DNA from: Abyssibacter sp.
GTDB lineage: Bacteria; Pseudomonadota; Alphaproteobacteria; Rhodobacterales; Rhodobacteraceae
Length of the DNA: 64,000 bases
Assembly (NCBI GenBank): GCA_964220165.1
Contig: CAXPTW010000024.1
Location: 200,843-264,842 of the forward strand
Reading direction: 5' to 3'
Positions 59,312-64,000 of this stretch are shown here, in pieces (within the stretch, counting starts at the first letter, position 1; each line of letters begins with the position of its first letter). Position numbers and translations under genes: made by a program. The notes beneath the pieces were generated by a model. The model did not search any database. It had not been told where the DNA came from and worked only from the letters and a program-made list of their open reading frames with translations.

Positions 59312-62300
59312 GGATACCATCTTCCGCCTCTCGACCTTTTGCAAAGCCGATGGTCCGCTTAGCAAGTCCATCGCGCTTGGAGACGATGGTCAGCCGCACT
59401 CAAACGCGGATGACTGCAGAATGTCGCATGGCACCGCAATGAACTTCGGTTTCCAGAACCTGACGGAACTCGCGGATCATATCAACGATCTGGATAGTGT
59501 TCATGCGCTCTCGCTGGGCACGATTGACGGTCAAGACGACAATGAGCTTGTGAGGCTTGTGACGGAGGCCAGGCTCACAGCCTATGGCGATGCGATTGCT
59601 CGAACCAAAGAATACTTTGCCTTCGAGGAGGGAGAGCCAGGCTTGCTTCTCATCGACTTCGACAAAAAGGGGATTTCTCCAGAAATCCTTGAGAGGATCG
59701 AAGCGGCAGGAGGTCTCTGGGCTGTTCTTTGCGAGGTCTTCCCGGACCTCATACAGGCTGGGTATATCCGGAGGGCCTCGACCTCGGCCGGCCTTTACAA
59801 CTCGGAGACCGGGGAAAAATTTCCTGGATCCGGAGGCGAGCATATCTACCTGGCGGTTCAAGACGCCTCAGACATCCCTCGTGCAACAAAGGTGTTGCAC
59901 CAACGGCTTTGGTTGGCCGGATTGGGATGGATCTGGATTGGACGCATCGGACAATTGCTGGAGCGGTCAGTCATCGACCAGTCGGTCGGCTCGCCGGAAC
60001 GGTTGGTGTTTGAAGGCGCCCCCGTCCTGGAACCGCCCCTTGCACAGTCACAAAAAGCCCGTCGTGCTATCGCCGTTGAGGGGCGGTTGATTGATAGCAA
60101 AGCGGTGTTTCCCGATCTCACGCAACAGGAGGGCGCGCGGTATCGGGCCAAGGTTCAAGCCGAAAAAGCGGCTTTGAAACCAGAGGCGAAGACCCGCCAA
60201 TCCCGCGCAGACAAGGGCTTGGCAAAGAAACTCGCGCGCCGCTCTGGCCTCACGGATGAACAAGCTCGCGCTCAAATCAGCCGGCGTCATCAGGGCGAGC
60301 TTTTGCCCCTACACCCGCTCGAGTTCGATGATCGCGCGTTGGGGAAGGTCACAGTCGGCGACGTTCTTATGGATCCGGATCGCTTCATTGAGCAGACGCT
60401 TGCGGACCCGCTCGAAGGCGTTGGGTACGGGCGCTGCAAGGCGAAACTCTTCAGACGGCCCGATGGCTCGCTTTGGATCAACTCCTTTGCGCATGGCGGT
60501 GCGCAGTATGACCTCCGTCATGATGCCGGCTCCGTTCGCGCGGCGCTTGAAGGCCTGGAGAGGGAGACAAACCCGAACGATATCGTCGCGGCCTTGGCGT
60601 CGGCGCATCTTGAGACTAGCGAAGAGGAGGAATTGCTTCGCGCCATAAAGGACGCGACAGGAGTGACCCTGGGTGAGCTGCGCACATTGCTGAAACGCGC
60701 GAAGCGCTTCCGCTCCAACGTTCGGCGCTCGGACGCAAACACGCGACTGGCAGAGGAAGACCCTCGCGTCGCTCTGCCAGCACCGGCCGCAAGTGCAGAA
60801 CTGACCGATGTCGTGACGCAGATTGACGAGATCCTCGGGAACGTAGTCGCTGATATCCCGCCCTTCCGGACGCTTGCGTCTCAACTGGCGTACGTCGATC
60901 GCCGCCCACCAAGCAAGCTGCATCAATTGGTCTCGGAAGGAGAGGAACAGCCTCCAGCACCAGATCAGCTCACAATCCAGGTTGCCGGAGAACCCGAGGC
61001 GACGATGATGATTGAAGAGCATATCCGGTTCGAAATTGAAAACGATGAAGACAGCATGCAATCCGCACCCAAGCGCCTGTCACTGCCGTTTGTCAGAGCC
61101 TATATGGGGTGGAAAGAGTCGCAACTTCCGAGGGTTCGAGGAATATCGACACTACCTCTCGTCCTGCCCGGAGGCGTGTTAAAGGCCATGCAAGGTCTAG
61201 ACCGAGAACTGGAACTCATCTTTGAGCTCGATGAAGAGTTGGTCAGACGGCTCGAGAAGACACATGCGGTGTCACTTCAGGAGGCGAAAAAAGCCTATGA
61301 CTGGCTCCTGAACAACTGGTTGGTTGACGTGGACGCAACTGAGGAAGGTAAGGCGATCGTCATCGCGCTTGCGCTGACGGTGATCGAAAGACACCTTCTG
61401 GCCGAGTTCCCTGCGTTCTTCGTCTCCGCGGCGCAGAGAGGAAGTGGCAAAACCACCGTCATCAACATGATCTCGACGGCGTTGAGCGGTGTCATGGCGT
61501 CAGCCGCCTCTTGGTCCTTCGATGAGGAGGAACGGCGCAAGGCGATCTTCTCGTACCTTCGTGAAGGCTCGCCTTTGGTGACCTATGACAACATTCCACG
61601 CGGGTCCGCGATAAGCTGCCCGACGCTCGAGCGCGTCCTGACAGCGCCCGAACTAAAGGATCGCGTTCTCGGCGAAAATCGAACGGAAACGGTGCCAGCT
61701 TCCACCGTGATTGCGTTTACAGGCAACAACATTCACCCGAAAGGAGACATGGCCTCACGTTCGCTGGTTGCGAACCTCGTGTCGGATCGAACCGATCCGG
61801 AAAATCGGGAGTTCGAGCATGAGGACCCGATCGGTTGGACACGAGAAAATCGCAACGCGATCCTGCAGCGCCTGTATCAGATCCTGCTGCTCGCACGTGA
61901 CAAGCCGAACCGATCCAAAACACGGTTCAAAACGTGGTGGAATTTGATCGGCCATCCCTTGGAGATGATCTCCGGGGTGGATTTTGAGGATCTGTTCCGC
62001 GCCAACGATGTCTTCGATGAGGAGGCCCAGGGAGCTGCGGAGTTTATCAGCCTCATGAAAAGGTACCTCGAGATGGACGGCAAATGTAGTCGTGAGTTCT
62101 CGGCATCTGAGGTAGCCAAACTTGCTGATGACAAGTGGCATGGCTCAGGTTCTCGATCCGCAGACCCAAACGAGCCAGACCCCTCTGCGCTCAAGTCGGC
62201 GCTCGAGGCGGCCAGTGGGCGGCCGTTCTCCGGCGGAACGGTGACCGCACATCGTGTGGCGCGCAAGCTTGCCGCCATCGAGGACCGCCCTGTGGAGGTG

Positions 62301-62375
62301 GACGGCCAGATGCTTCAACTGAAAGTCATCCGAGACCACGAAGGAAACCGGTACAGGATTGAACAGCTCGGTTGA
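59301..62375 (+). CDS. Putative replication protein: AEP (prim-pol)-like N-terminal domain fused to SF3/P4-family P-loop helicase domain
   Basis: 1024 aa with an AAGGAGA SD. Motifs seen: IDFD (aa 117-120), GSGGEHIYLAV (aa 176-186), VIDQSV (aa 224-229), Walker A AQRGSGKTTV (aa 711-720), Walker B-like LVTYDN (aa 759-764) and AFTGNNIHPKGDMASRSLV (aa 805-823), which resembles the P4/D5 primase-helicase C-terminal domain. Confidence 0.6.
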   Translation: MLTKDTIFRLSTFCKADGPLSKSIALGDDGQPHSNADDCRMSHGTAMNFGFQNLTELADHINDLDSVHALSLGTIDGQDDNELVRLVTEARLTAYGDAIARTKEYFAFEEGEPGLLLIDFDKKGISPEILERIEAAGGLWAVLCEVFPDLIQAGYIRRASTSAGLYNSETGEKFPGSGGEHIYLAVQDASDIPRATKVLHQRLWLAGLGWIWIGRIGQLLERSVIDQSVGSPERLVFEGAPVLEPPLAQSQKARRAIAVEGRLIDSKAVFPDLTQQEGARYRAKVQAEKAALKPEAKTRQSRADKGLAKKLARRSGLTDEQARAQISRRHQGELLPLHPLEFDDRALGKVTVGDVLMDPDRFIEQTLADPLEGVGYGRCKAKLFRRPDGSLWINSFAHGGAQYDLRHDAGSVRAALEGLERETNPNDIVAALASAHLETSEEEELLRAIKDATGVTLGELRTLLKRAKRFRSNVRRSDANTRLAEEDPRVALPAPAASAELTDVVTQIDEILGNVVADIPPFRTLASQLAYVDRRPPSKLHQLVSEGEEQPPAPDQLTIQVAGEPEATMMIEEHIRFEIENDEDSMQSAPKRLSLPFVRAYMGWKESQLPRVRGISTLPLVLPGGVLKAMQGLDRELELIFELDEELVRRLEKTHAVSLQEAKKAYDWLLNNWLVDVDATEEGKAIVIALALTVIERHLLAEFPAFFVSAAQRGSGKTTVINMISTALSGVMASAASWSFDEEERRKAIFSYLREGSPLVTYDNIPRGSAISCPTLERVLTAPELKDRVLGENRTETVPASTVIAFTGNNIHPKGDMASRSLVANLVSDRTDPENREFEHEDPIGWTRENRNAILQRLYQILLLARDKPNRSKTRFKTWWNLIGHPLEMISGVDFEDLFRANDVFDEEAQGAAEFISLMKRYLEMDGKCSREFSASEVAKLADDKWHGSGSRSADPNEPDPSALKSALEAASGRPFSGGTVTAHRVARKLAAIEDRPVEVDGQMLQLKVIRDHEGNRYRIEQLG

Positions 62376-62396
62376 GCGAAGGTCAAAGTGAAACTG

Positions 62397-62430
62397 GCGC
62401 ACCCGGGCTTGCCTGGGTGCGCTTTTGTTT
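62397..62430 (+). terminator. Rho-independent terminator after the primase-helicase gene
   Basis: GCGCACCC(GGG)-CTTG-(CCT)GGGTGCGC stem followed by TTTTGTTT, starting 22 nt after the stop. Confidence 0.7.
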
Positions 62431-62433
62431 GGG

Positions 62434-62556
62434 CGTCGGGATTGTCGGGATCCAAACTGCCGCCCGCGCAGGCCTCAAAAAAATTAGAACTAAGAGATAT
62501 ATTTTATTTTTTTTCCACATTTTAGAAGGAGGATATCAATCCCGACAATCCCGACG
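62434..62556. repeat. 18-bp perfect inverted repeat (four GTCGGGAT octamers, two per arm) flanking an 87-bp AT-rich spacer; candidate island replication origin
   Basis: CGTCGGGATTGTCGGGAT at 62434-62451 and its exact reverse complement ATCCCGACAATCCCGACG at 62539-62556. The spacer contains CAAAAAAATTAGAACTAAGAGATATATTTTATTTTTTTTCCACATTTTAGAAGGAGGATAT. Confidence 0.5.
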
Positions 62557-62705
62557 GGGGTGTATGATTGACGCGCATCAGTGCCTTGGTACCCTCTCCG
62601 CAGCAGGAACGGCTTGCTGAAGGTGGGCCGCGAAGTGGGCCCACAACTGAGCGGATGTGCAGTGTCACAAACACCGAAAAAAAATCGTCAAAAACTCTTC
62701 AGTAT

Positions 62706-62718
62706 GTTATATTATAAC
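62706..62718. promoter_or_regulatory. AT-rich palindrome GTTATA-T-TATAAC upstream of the Zn-ribbon ORF (promoter/operator candidate)
   Basis: Read from the sequence. It lies 23 nt upstream of ATG 62741 and contains a TATAAT-like hexamer on both strands. Confidence 0.3.
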
Positions 62719-62740
62719 AAATGATTTCGAGGATGAGCAC

Positions 62741-63346
62741 ATGCCCCCGCGTTCAAAGAGACCACTGGCCGATACGATGCTGCAACTGAGCATTCGACAG
62801 GTTGTCGAGGCTGGACTGCTGAATGACAAAGGCATCGTCTCGATCGCCAAAACACCCCAGGGCTTGGACTTCCCTGCCATCGTTGATGGTCATGGCGACT
62901 ATTTGATCATTACCGTGCATGGCGGCTGGGGGAACACATGTGAGGCTGTCGCAGTGACCGAGACCCCCTGTCACTTTGGCGGGACGCGCCATTGGTTCCT
63001 TTGTCCCTCCTGCGCGCGCCAGTGTGGGGTGCTTTACATCGGGCGTGAAGCGATCGCCTGCCGCACATGTCATGACCTCGCCTATGCGTCTCAATACGAG
63101 GCTCCGCGGGAGCGCATGCTGCGGCAGCTCAAGAAAATCCGCAAAGCCATCGGGGCCGACATGGACATCTACGGCCCGTTCAACCCGCCCCCAAAAGGCA
63201 TGTCGAAGAAGAGATGGCTGGAGATGATCGAGGAGTTCGAGGCCCTGCGTGCGGCCTATTGGCACGAGTGTGAGCGCCCTCGCATGTGGCGCAATGATGC
63301 GCCGAAGACGAGCGAGTTCCGGAAAGGTGGTTCTTCTGCGTCTTAG
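62741..63346 (+). CDS. Hypothetical protein with four-Cys zinc ribbon
   Basis: Start at ATG 62741 (MPPRSKRPL...), with a GAGGA SD 7 nt upstream. Zinc ribbon in CHFGGTRHWFLCPSCARQCGVLYIGREAIACRTCHDLAYASQYE (CxxC...CxxC). The track's 5' extension to 62657 crosses the AT-rich promoter-like region. Confidence 0.65.
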   Translation: MPPRSKRPLADTMLQLSIRQVVEAGLLNDKGIVSIAKTPQGLDFPAIVDGHGDYLIITVHGGWGNTCEAVAVTETPCHFGGTRHWFLCPSCARQCGVLYIGREAIACRTCHDLAYASQYEAPRERMLRQLKKIRKAIGADMDIYGPFNPPPKGMSKKRWLEMIEEFEALRAAYWHECERPRMWRNDAPKTSEFRKGGSSAS

Positions 63347-63579
63347 CGAGACGTGTCCGCCGATGTTCTCGAGGTGAGCCCTGCCCAGCGCGCCACTTGC
63401 CAGATCCCGCGGATCGGCCTACGATTCCCCCTGCATCAAGAGAAAGGCTCCGGCCTTCACCAACCTGCTCAACCCGGCAAGGTGGTCTCCCGCAAGGGGA
63501 TGCGGTCGGACCGACAACGAATGGGCAGACCTCATCAACGACCTCAACCCCTGGCCGGTCTCAACACGGAGATCGAACA

Positions 63580-64000
63580 ATGGAACGTCGACAATTTCTC
63601 ATTTCATCAGTGGCCCTCGGAGTTGGCGCCACCGCGACCCCGCTCTCAAGCGAGGCGGCGCCTACCCTTCCGCTGCAACGCGGACTGCGCAAGCGCACCC
63701 TCTATCTGGAACCCCGATCAAATGGCGAGTTTCTGCTCTACAGCGATGGTCCGCGCGAGCCGCGCAAACTCATCCGATCGGAGGCCATCGACGCGCGGTT
63801 CGGAAAAGGCACCCACCATTTCCTGCTCCAGCCCGACCACTGGGCCATGATCGACGCAGGTTGGTTTGGGGACGAAGACCTCTATAGCATCGAGCAAGGA
63901 CACGAGCGCGAGCTAGAGATCTGGGGCGACTACTATCGCGCCGAATGTGAGGCCTTCGACCTCCTCAGAACGCTGTTCGACGGGCGGGTCGACGGGTTCT
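63580..64000 (+). CDS. Partial CDS with twin-arginine (Tat) signal peptide; 3' end outside window
   Basis: Absent from the ORF track because there is no stop in the window. My translation gives MERRQFLISSVALGVGATATPLSSEAAPTLPLQRGLRKRTLYLEPRSNGEFLLYSDGP...WAMIDAGWFGDEDLYSIEQGHERELEIWGDYYRAECEAF with no stop through 64000. A GGAG SD lies 8 nt upstream. Confidence 0.5.
   Translation, partial: MERRQFLISSVALGVGATATPLSSEAAPTLPLQRGLRKRTLYLEPRSNGEFLLYSDGPREPRKLIRSEAIDARFGKGTHHFLLQPDHWAMIDAGWFGDEDLYSIEQGHERELEIWGDYYRAECEAFDLLRTLFDGRVDGF

Larger units (their letters stand above)
56964..64000 (+). mobile_element. Left part of an integrated element (P4/PICI-like or other integrative island), right end outside window
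   Basis: A tRNA remnant and an AT-rich junction are followed by co-directional int, orphan ORF, alpA-type HTH, primase-helicase and an iteron/AT-rich structure. Housekeeping synteny ends at 56660. Confidence 0.7.

Noticed and set aside
62372-62620. 82-aa plus-strand ORF spanning the inverted repeat and AT-rich core
   Set aside because: It starts inside the stop region of the primase-helicase gene and reads through a strong terminator and the AT-rich tract (giving KKIRTKRYILFFFHILEGG). It has no SD. It is better explained as non-coding ori-like DNA.
63353-63850. 165-aa plus-strand ORF
   Set aside because: Its Pro/Arg/Ser/Gln-rich composition is unlike a real protein. It overlaps, in a different frame, the open frame starting at 63580, which has an SD and a canonical Tat signal.

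Overview
High-GC (roughly 60% by eye) alphaproteobacterial chromosome segment. It looks Rhodobacterales/roseobacter-like, judged from FlaF/FlbT flagellin regulators, NrtR and gene order. There are six blocks. (1) 1-4075, minus strand: the NAD biosynthesis operon nrtR-nadA-nadB-nadC, with nadC cut by the window edge. (2) 4301-35939: an almost complete ~31.6-kb flagellar locus in several operons: motB flgE flgK flgL flgI; fliP fliN fliH-like fliF; fliL, two unknown ORFs, motA, a 771-aa unknown, flhA fliR flhB; a second fliL, flgH flgA flgG flgF fliQ fliE flgC flgB; fliI; DUF1217 flbT flaF flagellin; flgN-like, rod-binding protein; fliK flgD. (3) 36014-49103: housekeeping genes, namely a kinase-like protein, ubiB, ubiE, mutM, a crotonase, rpsT, dnaA, dnaN, recF, a LysE exporter and gyrB. 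(4) 49282-55109: a glycan-modification locus that looks lower in GC, with a sulfotransferase, two glycosyltransferases (one of 838 aa) and a phosphohexomutase. (5) 55296-56660: a HupE/UreJ-like transporter plus a membrane-anchored partner. (6) 56964 to the window end: the left end of an integrated mobile element, comprising a 24-nt tRNA 3' remnant, a P4-type integrase, a coupled 254-aa unknown ORF, an AlpA-type HTH, a 1024-aa putative prim-pol/SF3-helicase, a terminator, an iteron-like inverted repeat around an AT-rich core (candidate ori), a Zn-ribbon ORF and a Tat-signal ORF that runs off the window. Block 6 is the most interesting part and resembles P4/PICI-type phage satellites, but its cargo and right end lie outside the window. 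I saw no rRNA, intact tRNA, CRISPR array or IS element. All functional calls come from reading the translated ORFs for family motifs and from gene context. No database search was run.
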